From positions 15,248 to 79,247 of the forward strand of contig JBLYPW010000003.1 in NCBI GenBank assembly GCA_048538275.1: a stretch of DNA of 64,000 nt. Direction: 5' to 3'. Under the pieces are notes generated by a model that saw only the letters and a program-made list of their open reading frames with translations, made no database searches and was not told the DNA's origin. Each line of letters starts with the position of its first letter. Position 1 is the first letter of the stretch. Positions 40,193 through 49,866 of the stretch are shown piece by piece. Source of the stretch: Candidatus Komeilibacteria bacterium. GTDB taxonomy: Bacteria; Patescibacteriota; Patescibacteriia; UBA1558. The translations under genes were made by a program, and so were the position numbers.

Positions 40193-41443
40193 TTATTTTA
40201 TTATTGTTAGTTTTCTACTCAGTTGTTTATTCTGAGCAGTTATAACAACAATGTATGTGCCACTGGCAATATTGCCCGGTGACCAGTTAATCTCGTGCTG
40301 CCCAGCTGTTTGCCAGTTATTTATCAGCTGAGCCATTTGTTCACCTTTCATATTATATACAGACAGTTGAACTTGCCCGGACTGTGGCAGTTCATAGCTT
40401 ATGACCGTACTGGCATTGAAAGGGTTGGGATAATTGGGCAAAAGCGCATAATCCTGTGCGCTTATTGGCTCGGTTTCAAGGGCGGTGATATTGTATTCCG
40501 CACTTAAAATTATTCCGTTATAGCTGATAGTCCACAAGACTTCATTAATTTTTAGCTGGGCGCTGAAGAAATCCATACCGTCCAGTGGAGGATCAATGAT
40601 ATGTGACTGCCAAGTATTGCCATGATTTTCTGAGGCGTGTAATAGTTGGCCGCCCGTTATTATTGTCTGTTCATTCACCACAGTAAGCACCGTAGTCGGA
40701 TCAAAATTATCCGGAGTAGTAGGATAATTTATCACATTCCAGCTCAATCCCGCGTCATTACTGATCAAGATGGCATCCAGAGCGGTTGCATATATGGTAT
40801 TGCCACTGGTTTGCATTGTGGATATGCCCCAACCACCTATATTATACATAACCAATGACCAGGTGACGCCATAATTATCAGAGCGATAGATGCTATTGCT
40901 AAAGGGGTAGCTACCCATCAGCAAAACACCGTCACCAAGTTCCAGTAGGCCGTTTAAGCCGCTGCTAATGTCAACGCTCATTACTTGCCAACTGGACCCG
41001 CTATTCATTGATTTGGCCATAAAGCCGTTTGCCCCTACTACCAACATAGTTGAATTTGATAATTCAATTATGTCATAAATATGGGTTGCTTGGTTGAAAA
41101 CGGTTTTTGTCCATCCCGACTCATCACCTCGCAACACATATCCTTCGCCACGACTATGACCACCGACAATATAGAAATTATTGTCAGAGCTTAGCAGGGC
41201 ATCATACACTTCTTCGTGATCCAACTCTTTTATGAGCTGAAGACCAAATTCTGTATCATCCGGTGCTTTTTTGAGCCATATCCCGTTATTGCCGAATACA
41301 TTGATTGTGTCATTATTCGGTACGATGGCACGCAGCTGGCCAACCACTGGTGGATGATCCCAACTCATTATATTGGTAATACCAGCTATTGCGGTATTAT
41401 ACACCAATGATATTGCCAAGGTTATAATAAAACTTGATTTCAC
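40193..41443 (-). CDS. Secreted YCF48/BNR-repeat propeller with T9SS-CTD-like tail (paralog)
   Basis: GTG start with GGGAGG SD; Asp-boxes; LLPNYPNPFNASTVISYELP...SGTY...SRKLTIIK. Confidence 0.82.
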   Translation of the reverse strand: MKSSFIITLAISLVYNTAIAGITNIMSWDHPPVVGQLRAIVPNNDTINVFGNNGIWLKKAPDDTEFGLQLIKELDHEEVYDALLSSDNNFYIVGGHSRGEGYVLRGDESGWTKTVFNQATHIYDIIELSNSTMLVVGANGFMAKSMNSGSSWQVMSVDISSGLNGLLELGDGVLLMGSYPFSNSIYRSDNYGVTWSLVMYNIGGWGISTMQTSGNTIYATALDAILISNDAGLSWNVINYPTTPDNFDPTTVLTVVNEQTIITGGQLLHASENHGNTWQSHIIDPPLDGMDFFSAQLKINEVLWTISYNGIILSAEYNITALETEPISAQDYALLPNYPNPFNASTVISYELPQSGQVQLSVYNMKGEQMAQLINNWQTAGQHEINWSPGNIASGTYIVVITAQNKQLSRKLTIIK

Positions 41444-41503
41444 GAGAAACCTCCCTACATTTTTGGTTAAAGTACAATTTTTATAGCTAAGCTATAAATA
41501 ATT

Positions 41504-41537
41504 ATATTATCATACATTATTTTAGTAGATTTGTCAA
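41504..41537 (-). promoter_or_regulatory. Promoter copy B (identical to 39985-40018)
   Basis: 34/34 identical bases. Confidence 0.8.
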
Positions 41538-41675
41538 CCCCGTTAGAGGTTTAGATAATTTTTTAACCTATTTTTACTATAGTTTTGCTTAGGTTTTGTG
41601 TCTAGTGTTTTTTAGTTACACTATATTGTATATGGTGTAAGAAAGTGTATTTATAGACCCAAACCTCTAACGGGG
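41538..41675. mobile_element. MITE-like element copy 1 (138 bp)
   Basis: 15-bp perfect TIR CCCCGTTAGAGGTTT / AAACCTCTAACGGGG; colinear homolog at 49732-49866. Confidence 0.75.
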
Positions 41676-41739
41676 CGGGTCTTCAAGAGATGATAATTTT
41701 CTGGTATAATAATAATGTAATTTATAACCGGTCAACACC

Positions 41740-44700
41740 GTGTTAAAACCTTTTCGGCCAGCGAAAAAAAAGAATGGCTATCGGCAACTGCGGGCAGTAC
41801 AATTACCCCTGGTTGTCTTGTTTTTGTTGGTGGCGGGAGCCGCTCTGTTTTGGTTGGTACCGCAGCCGGTCTTGGCTGTTGCTAGTATTAGTGATGCCAT
41901 TGCTAGCGCTCTAGCTACTATTTTGAATTGGGTGCTGAATTTTATTGGCAGCTTGATTAGTTCTATCCTCATACCCGTATTATCGCAATTGGCTGTTTTT
42001 AATGACTTTACCGGCTCCGGAGCCGTGGTGCAGGGATGGAAGTTGGTGCGTGATATCTGCAACATGTTTTTCATTGTCATGATGTTGGTGATATCAGTGG
42101 GTACAGTATTGAATATATCTTCTTATAGCTATAAGAATTTTCTTAAAAAGATTATTTTTATGGCTATTTTAATAAATTTTTCTAAAACCATTGCTGGTGC
42201 TTTGATTGATGTCGCGCAAATCGTCATGCTGACTTTTGTCAGCGCTTTCAAGGATAGCTTGATCGTGGGTTTTGCGCAGGCTTTTGGCTTGAATAAATTG
42301 ACCAGTTTAGGGACTACTGTGAATGACGCTGGCTATGTTGAAAAAGACAATTGGTCTATTTTGATGGGCGTTGTTTTTGCTATAGTGATAGCGGCCATAT
42401 TAGCGATTGTTTTGATTGGTATGATTATTATGTTAGCTGCCCGTATTGTGATGTTATGGGTTTTGGTAGTCTTATCACCCTTTGCGTATTTGGCCAATAT
42501 TTTGCCCGGCCGCTTGTCTTCATTGGGTGGACAGTGGTGGAAACAATTTACTGATCAGTTGATAGTTGGCCCGGTAATTGCCTTCTTTTTATGGTTAGCT
42601 TTATCTGTTGCCGGATCACCGGGTGGTTTTATTGGTGAAAACGTTGATACGAGCAATCAGCCTACCAGTTTGATTGACAGTAGCTTGGCTAATGCTAGTT
42701 TTTTGATGAATTATGTGATGGGTATTTTGATGTTGATAGTGGGTATGAAAATGGCTAAGAGCATGGGTGGAGCGGCCGGCGCTGCTTTTGGTAAGGGCAC
42801 TGGTTGGGCGCAGAAATATGGTTGGCAAGGGGTCAAGGGATCTTTCAAAGGCGTTGGCAAGTCTGTTTCTTGGGCTAGAGATGCTAGTAAGGCTTTTGGT
42901 CGTAAAGGGGGTAGTAAAGAATATTTGGATGAATTGGATCAAAAACGTGACGCCTATGCTGCTCGGGGTGGCGTTATGGGAACTTTAAATTCTTTGCGCT
43001 TGGCACGTAAAATTGATAAATATAAAGGTAGGGAAAAGAGTAGAAAGGAAGCAGCGGGGATTGTTTTGAAAAAATTTGGTTTGGATGGCGAGGCCGCTCA
43101 AAAGACTTTAGTGACTGCTAGTCAAATAAGGGAAGATAAGAAAAAAAATAACATTAAGAGAGTAGTTGTTGATGAGGTAAGTAAGGAGTTTGCCGGTGAT
43201 GATAAATTAGCGCAAGTGAAGACAGATATTAAGACGAAAAAAGCTAAGACATTGTTATCTGGTGATAAAGAAAGCGCGATGATGAATTATTATGCTGATA
43301 AAGAAATCAACGTCACCGAAGAAGATAAACAGGCTTATCGTGAAAAAAATCCCTCTGCTATATCGCCAGATTATGATTTGACTGATGATCAGCTGCGTGA
43401 AGTCAGGGAACAGAAAACCAAAACGGCCTGGCAAAAGTTGAGCAAAAAGGAACAAGGTGAATGGCAGGACAGGTTTTTGCAGGATATAAATAATAAACCA
43501 TTTCTCAATGAACAACCAGTTACTGAGGAAGATATAGAGCAGTTCAAACAAGAAGAAATAAATCAACGTACGGAAGCAAAGTTGAAAGATTTTACTTATA
43601 GGCCACGGGGCATGAGTATGACCGCTCCGGCTAATATTATGCGCTATGCGGTTGACTGGGCTAAGGGCAAACAGGAAGACCGTTTGAATATGGAAAAATT
43701 AGGTCAGGTTTTGCCCGCTAATCCTGACTCTTTTAGAGCTTATAATATTTTGGATCCATTGAACGCAGTTAAACCAGCGGCAGCAGAAGCGATCATGAAA
43801 CAAATGGACGCGAATGCAATATATAAGCAGTATAAGCATTTGGATGACAAAGTAAATGATGCCGAAACCAAAGAAAAAAGACAAAAGGCCAATAAAGCAA
43901 GAACAGCATGGCTAATGGGAGCCCAATTTCTTAAGGGAAAATTATCTCAAGTGGATGAGTTCCTTGGTCGTTTACCAGATGGTGTGAGCGTGGTGCAGCC
44001 TGATGAAAAGGTTGAGGCGTTAAGTAGTGTTAAAATAGAAAAATCCAAACGTGATTTCCGTGTGGACAATACCGATATTGAAAAAATGGAAAATACCAAG
44101 CGTGCCGCCATGGAACACATGATAAGCCTGGGACCCGAAGAGACGGTAAATAGTATTAAAGGTGAGTCTGGCTGGCAGATTGACACGACCAATTCTGACT
44201 TGGATGCCGATCAGGTGGTGCTGAAAAATGGTGATCAAAGTCAAACTATGACTACGGATCAATTTGTACGTAGCAACGGCAAGTTAATGTCGGAGCGATT
44301 TTATGATAGCGCTAGCGCAAAAATGGGTAGTGATAATTTTGTGGAGAAAGATAAGTTTGATGACTATACTCGGATACGTCAGAGTAGCCAATATGGCGTT
44401 ACTTTGCGGGCCGGCAATGACAAAGCAGCGGTTGATTTTGATCGTTTGCAAGAAGTAGTTGGTGACAAATTGGATATAAACGATATAGCTTTGCAAGGTG
44501 AAAATGTTAATGGTGATGAAGCTGTGATTATTGCCAATGGTATGCGACAAATGATAGAAGAGCAAAAGCAGGCTTTGGCTGACAGCGAAGATGAAGAACA
44601 GACCAGGCAGATATTGTTTGATTATTTTGGTAAAGATACGTCGGCCTCTGGTGAAAAATTGGCAAAAATAAAAAATGAAACCTTGATAAACGCGGATGCC

Positions 44701-46875
44701 AATATAGCAAATTTGGACATGGCCGATGCCACAAATGTTCAAACAATGCGTGAAAATGGTTTGCGTTTATTTAACAAACATCGGGCGGGCGGAGAGATAA
44801 GGCAGTTGTACGAACATGAAACTAAACATGGTTGGTTGGATAAGGTTGATCCGGATAAATCTATGCGCCAGCAAGCTTGGGCCGATATGACAGAGACAGA
44901 TCGCCAGGCTGCCAAAGATTATATTATACGCACGAGAGGCGAGGGTGATTGGACTGATGAAGAAATCGCTGGTGAGTATTTGGTGGATGCTTTGCAAAAA
45001 CGGCAAAGCAAGGATTCGGCTGAACGACCACCAGAGTTACCACAAGCTATTAAGCGACGTTTCACGGAAGCAGAAGATTATCAGATAAGTGAAGAATCTG
45101 GCTCAGCAGTAGATCATGAGTCTATGATCAAGACTTTAGCCGGTAAATATGTTGCTCGTAAAAATATCAAACAGCAAGATTATGAACAATCAGCCAGAGA
45201 ACAAAATACCTCTTTCTTGAATGCGGCTGCCAGAGCCGAGCAAGCGAACCAGCAAGCCAAAGTTGAGTTTAAGACAGCGACTAGTAAAGCACGACAAGAC
45301 AGCATTGGCAGCGCGCCCCAATCTATTGGCGGTAGCCAAACATTTGTTAGTACTGCACAGCGAGCTGATTTGGAAAAACGTTTTGGCCGCACTCTTTCTA
45401 GTGAAGAAGTTAAAAAATTCTCCGATATGAAGCGTAAAGAATTGAACCAAACAATAGAGGGGGAAAAGGCCAAGCAATTACGACAACAAGAGTCTGAGCG
45501 CGCGGCCGAGCTTAGTAAACAATATTATAGCGAACAAGAACGTAAACAGGATTATCTACGCAACAAAGCCAAGGAAGTTAATAAATATAGAGACGAGCAA
45601 AAGTATTATAATAATAATGCGGCAGCTCGTCAGGTGATAGCTGATAATGTAAAAAGTGGTGACTTGCCTATTGGTCAGTTAATGAAAATGAGTTCTACGG
45701 AAAGACAAGAACAACTTACCAATCTTTTACAACAAGCTGTCAAAGAGGGCGGGCTTGATGTGCAAGCTGAGTCATTACCCGCTATTGTTAACAATATAGA
45801 GGCGCAGCTGGATACAGAGGATATTAAAGTAGGTAACACATATGATCAAGGAGTAGCTTATCAAGCTTTACAGAGTCAGGCTAAGACGGATAAGAAGCTA
45901 GCAAATGATGCTGGTAAAGAAGCTGATAAATCTGTTAAATTTTGGGACAAAGAGATTACCAAGATTGATAGATCTGCTGGTCAGATAAAGACACGGGCAG
46001 AAAAAAGCGCGGCAGCTGCCAAGGCAACGACGACTGGCGGAAGTGATGCAATATCATCAATGCGCCAGGAATCAGCTAAACAACAGTCTGGCAAAAGACC
46101 AGTAGCGCCCAGCACAAGCAGTCGTTCTGATAATATGCCCGCTACTGGATCAGATGGAGTTGAACGAATGGAGCAGCGGTCAGAGCAGCGGTCAGAGCAG
46201 CGGTCAGAGCAGCGGTCAGAGCAGCGGTCAGAGCATGAGCGTAAGACCGACACGAGGACGCAATCCAATCAGACCGGGTCGGCTGAAAAGAAGGCTACGG
46301 ATCGTGTGATTCGTAGTGAAAAGAATACTATCACTTCGTCAGAAGCTGGCGCAAAGCCTGCCAGTCCGACAGCTGCACCGGCTGCCAAACCGCTTGGCAA
46401 AGCGACAGAGGCACCTTCTCAGCCAGCAGGCAATATAACTAGTACGGTTGAGCAGAGTGATAAAGTAGTTGGATTGTTAAATGATATTAGAGGTTTATTG
46501 AACGGACGTACTGGTCCTATAGCAGCCAGCAATACGTCTGTTATGGGACAGGCTTTGATGTCGCCGCAGCAATTTAAGTTATTAAAAAAACAATTTCAGT
46601 CTTTGGCCGCCAGTATAGCTGCCAATAAATCAAGTCAGAAAGTACTGGGTCAGGAAACAATGGATAAGTTAAATCACGTGAATAGCGCCTTACAGTCCAC
46701 GCAAGTAGATGATGATCATGATGTTGATATTGATTTGACAATGCAGGCAATGGATATAAATCCGTCCGACCTGGCCGCGATTTTAAAGAAAGTGGAGGAG
46801 CAACAAAAGAAAGATGCGGAAGATGATCAGGATGATGATATCCAGCCGCCCGCTAATTTACCAACAGCCACTTAG
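41740..46875 (+). CDS. 1711-aa VirB6/TrbL-like polytopic membrane protein with long charged C-terminal region
   Basis: GWKLVRDICNMFF...ILINFSK...RIVMLW..VVLSPFAY...WW pattern typical of CPR VirB6-like proteins; HETKH motif; low-complexity tail; GTG start uncertain. Confidence 0.7.
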   Translation: MLKPFRPAKKKNGYRQLRAVQLPLVVLFLLVAGAALFWLVPQPVLAVASISDAIASALATILNWVLNFIGSLISSILIPVLSQLAVFNDFTGSGAVVQGWKLVRDICNMFFIVMMLVISVGTVLNISSYSYKNFLKKIIFMAILINFSKTIAGALIDVAQIVMLTFVSAFKDSLIVGFAQAFGLNKLTSLGTTVNDAGYVEKDNWSILMGVVFAIVIAAILAIVLIGMIIMLAARIVMLWVLVVLSPFAYLANILPGRLSSLGGQWWKQFTDQLIVGPVIAFFLWLALSVAGSPGGFIGENVDTSNQPTSLIDSSLANASFLMNYVMGILMLIVGMKMAKSMGGAAGAAFGKGTGWAQKYGWQGVKGSFKGVGKSVSWARDASKAFGRKGGSKEYLDELDQKRDAYAARGGVMGTLNSLRLARKIDKYKGREKSRKEAAGIVLKKFGLDGEAAQKTLVTASQIREDKKKNNIKRVVVDEVSKEFAGDDKLAQVKTDIKTKKAKTLLSGDKESAMMNYYADKEINVTEEDKQAYREKNPSAISPDYDLTDDQLREVREQKTKTAWQKLSKKEQGEWQDRFLQDINNKPFLNEQPVTEEDIEQFKQEEINQRTEAKLKDFTYRPRGMSMTAPANIMRYAVDWAKGKQEDRLNMEKLGQVLPANPDSFRAYNILDPLNAVKPAAAEAIMKQMDANAIYKQYKHLDDKVNDAETKEKRQKANKARTAWLMGAQFLKGKLSQVDEFLGRLPDGVSVVQPDEKVEALSSVKIEKSKRDFRVDNTDIEKMENTKRAAMEHMISLGPEETVNSIKGESGWQIDTTNSDLDADQVVLKNGDQSQTMTTDQFVRSNGKLMSERFYDSASAKMGSDNFVEKDKFDDYTRIRQSSQYGVTLRAGNDKAAVDFDRLQEVVGDKLDINDIALQGENVNGDEAVIIANGMRQMIEEQKQALADSEDEEQTRQILFDYFGKDTSASGEKLAKIKNETLINADANIANLDMADATNVQTMRENGLRLFNKHRAGGEIRQLYEHETKHGWLDKVDPDKSMRQQAWADMTETDRQAAKDYIIRTRGEGDWTDEEIAGEYLVDALQKRQSKDSAERPPELPQAIKRRFTEAEDYQISEESGSAVDHESMIKTLAGKYVARKNIKQQDYEQSAREQNTSFLNAAARAEQANQQAKVEFKTATSKARQDSIGSAPQSIGGSQTFVSTAQRADLEKRFGRTLSSEEVKKFSDMKRKELNQTIEGEKAKQLRQQESERAAELSKQYYSEQERKQDYLRNKAKEVNKYRDEQKYYNNNAAARQVIADNVKSGDLPIGQLMKMSSTERQEQLTNLLQQAVKEGGLDVQAESLPAIVNNIEAQLDTEDIKVGNTYDQGVAYQALQSQAKTDKKLANDAGKEADKSVKFWDKEITKIDRSAGQIKTRAEKSAAAAKATTTGGSDAISSMRQESAKQQSGKRPVAPSTSSRSDNMPATGSDGVERMEQRSEQRSEQRSEQRSEQRSEHERKTDTRTQSNQTGSAEKKATDRVIRSEKNTITSSEAGAKPASPTAAPAAKPLGKATEAPSQPAGNITSTVEQSDKVVGLLNDIRGLLNGRTGPIAASNTSVMGQALMSPQQFKLLKKQFQSLAASIAANKSSQKVLGQETMDKLNHVNSALQSTQVDDDHDVDIDLTMQAMDINPSDLAAILKKVEEQQKKDAEDDQDDDIQPPANLPTAT
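46171..46235 (+). repeat. In-frame 12-bp tandem repeat x5 (EQRS)
   Basis: GAGCAGCGGTCA five exact copies plus a partial copy. Confidence 0.95.
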
Positions 46876-46876
46876 T

Positions 46877-47686
46877 ATGGTTAAAGAAAAAAATGTTAAA
46901 CAATATCTAGAAGATGATGAAACAGCTGCCAAGCTGGATATTTTGAGTTATAAATATAATATTCCTGCGCGAGCCGTGGCGAGCGCGATATTGTCGGGTG
47001 AGTTACCGCATGATTTGGTCACCGGCTTTTTAGAAGAGGAGTTAAAGTTGGAAGCAGAACAAGCCAAAGAATTATGGATCAGTATTCAAGAAGTGATTAT
47101 TGCTCCTTGGCAAGATTGGCAGCCGGTCAAGACTACTATTGCTGCGCCAGAAGATAATTCTGGATCTATACATTTTCACAAGGATAGCTGGCGTGAATTT
47201 TTGAAACCGGATAATTTATTGGCCGCGCAAGCCGAGTTACAACGGGTCAGTAGCGGTCAGATAGCAAAAATAGTTGATTATTTATGGCAATCACTAGGCC
47301 TGGAGAAAAAGCAAGAAGTAATTACTATTTTAGTATATCTTGCAAAAAAAGGTCAGTTATTAAAATTGTGGCAAGACCATAGGCTAGCCGGTATATTACG
47401 TAAGTACTTGATAGTAGATAAACAATTTGGTGAGGCTCAGGTAGAAAAATGGCTCAATTCGCCTTGGACTGCCGGTATGTTGAGCCTAGCTTTGCGCCAG
47501 ATTTTACAGAGTAAACTTGGTTTTGATAATAGCGAGGCAGCACAAATTAGCTTGTCTATTATTGATCAGCTGGGGCCGGCCGATAAAGCTCGCTTTATTT
47601 TGATAGCTTATGTTGATACTAAAGATAATAAACTTTATTGGTCTGAGGTAGAGCCGGATGATAGCGGTTTATTGCTAGCGGTGTGA
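46877..47686 (+). CDS. Hypothetical helical protein (start re-called to MVKEK)
   Basis: ATG 1 nt after upstream TAG; no recognisable motif. Confidence 0.7.
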   Translation: MVKEKNVKQYLEDDETAAKLDILSYKYNIPARAVASAILSGELPHDLVTGFLEEELKLEAEQAKELWISIQEVIIAPWQDWQPVKTTIAAPEDNSGSIHFHKDSWREFLKPDNLLAAQAELQRVSSGQIAKIVDYLWQSLGLEKKQEVITILVYLAKKGQLLKLWQDHRLAGILRKYLIVDKQFGEAQVEKWLNSPWTAGMLSLALRQILQSKLGFDNSEAAQISLSIIDQLGPADKARFILIAYVDTKDNKLYWSEVEPDDSGLLLAV

Positions 47687-47702
47687 GCTGTATAAAAATA
47701 TT

Positions 47703-47734
47703 AAAAAACCTCTGCCCTAAGGCAGAGGTTTTTT
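47703..47734. terminator. Bidirectional terminator
   Basis: AAAAAACCTCTGCC-CTAA-GGCAGAGGTTTTTT. Confidence 0.85.
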
Positions 47735-47754
47735 GAACCTAATACAATTATGAT

Positions 47755-48312
47755 TTAAGCCCTTTCCACATATTCGCCAGTTTCGGTATTGACACGAATT
47801 GTGTCGCCTTGATTAATAAACAAAGGAGCTTTGATTTCCGCACCGGTTTCCAGCGTTACCACTTTATTAGCAGATCCAGCAGTGTCACCCTTGATTCCAG
47901 GAGGAGCCTCTGTTACTTTCAGCTCAACTTTGGTGGGCAGCTTGATTGATACTGGCTTATTATTAAATACTAAAGTATCAACTGTCATACCATCCATGAT
48001 AAAGTCAGCAGCCAAGCCAACTTCGTCCAAGTTTAGTTCAAACTGCTCAAAAGATTCATTATTCATAAAGTGAAAAGCGTCTCCTTCGCGGTAAAGAAAG
48101 TTAGCTTTTTGTCTTTGCAGGTTGGCTTCTTCTACTTTATCTCCGCCAGAAAAAGTTTTTTCCAAAGTTTGTCCGGTGACAAGATTTTTTAATTTAGTGC
48201 GTAGACTGGCGCCGCCGCGGGCAACTTTTATGTGTTGAGTATAGGTGATTTGATAAGGTTGGCTGTCTATATCTATGACCGTTCCTAGTTTTAGTTCACT
48301 CATTGATAACAT
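47755..48312 (-). CDS. efp: Elongation factor P
   Basis: KLKNLVTG, FLYREG..FHFMN.ESFEQ, PGIKGDT, LETGA, VNTETGEYVERA. Confidence 0.95.
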   Translation of the reverse strand: MLSMSELKLGTVIDIDSQPYQITYTQHIKVARGGASLRTKLKNLVTGQTLEKTFSGGDKVEEANLQRQKANFLYREGDAFHFMNNESFEQFELNLDEVGLAADFIMDGMTVDTLVFNNKPVSIKLPTKVELKVTEAPPGIKGDTAGSANKVVTLETGAEIKAPLFINQGDTIRVNTETGEYVERA

Positions 48313-48344
48313 AAGTTTTATTTTAGTTAATAAGTGTATTTGAT

Positions 48345-48393
48345 AAAAAAACCCGCCCCAGTCCGTCGCCCGAAGGGGACGGACTGGGGCGGG
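48345..48393 (-). terminator. Long-stem terminator after rpsR
   Basis: 16-bp CCCGCCCCAGTCCGTC / GACGGACTGGGGCGGG with A7 run. Confidence 0.75.
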
Positions 48394-48403
48394 AGGAAAA
48401 TAA

Positions 48404-48637
48404 TTATTTACTGGTATAGGGGAGGAGAGCCATAAAACGAGCCCGTTTGATAGCTTGGGACATTATGCGTTGGTGCTTATTGCAGACTCCGCTACGTTTG
48501 CGCGGGACAATTTTACCATAGGAGGATAAGAACCGTTGTAGCAGTTGTACATTCTTAAAGTCAATATCAGCGATACCATTAACACAGAAATGACAGTATT
48601 TTTTATCAGTTTTTATCAATTGATTATTCTTGGCCAT
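48404..48637 (-). CDS. rpsR: Ribosomal protein S18 (Zn-binding C+ form)
   Basis: CHFC, IDFKN, GKIVPR, C.KHQR, AIKRAR.MALLPY. Confidence 0.96.
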   Translation of the reverse strand: MAKNNQLIKTDKKYCHFCVNGIADIDFKNVQLLQRFLSSYGKIVPRKRSGVCNKHQRIMSQAIKRARFMALLPYTSK

Positions 48638-48662
48638 AATTTTTTAGTGATTTAAATCTTGT

Positions 48663-49594
<932 letters not shown>

Positions 49595-49731
49595 TAGGTC
49601 TCCATCTTACCCCACGGTGACTAAATCCGGGGGACTGTCGGCCGCGAACAGCCGATAGCACGGTTAAGACTAAATAATAAAATATACTTTAAAAGCGTTT
49701 GTATTCTAGATTATATTGTTTTTTTTGTCAA
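49595..49731 (-). promoter_or_regulatory. rpsF promoter and structured leader (candidate S6:S18 leader)
   Basis: TTGACA (49731-49726)-17-TAGAAT (49708-49703); TCGGCTG-TTCG-CGGCCGA hairpin; C-run before a GGAG SD. Confidence 0.55.
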
Positions 49732-49866
49732 CCCCGTTAGAGGTTTAGATAATTTTTCAACCTATTTTTACTATAGTTTCTTCAGGTTTTATGTTTAGTG
49801 TTTTTTGTTGAACTAGATTATATGTGGTGTAGGGAAATGTATTTATAGACCAAACCTCTAATGGGG
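49732..49866. mobile_element. MITE-like element copy 2 (135 bp)
   Basis: CCCCGTTAGAGGTTT / AAACCTCTAATGGGG ends; fills exactly the gap between the htpX stop and the rpsF -35. Confidence 0.75.

Noticed and set aside
46171-46235. CRISPR array
   Set aside because: 12-bp head-to-tail repeats without spacers, in frame within a CDS; no cas genes
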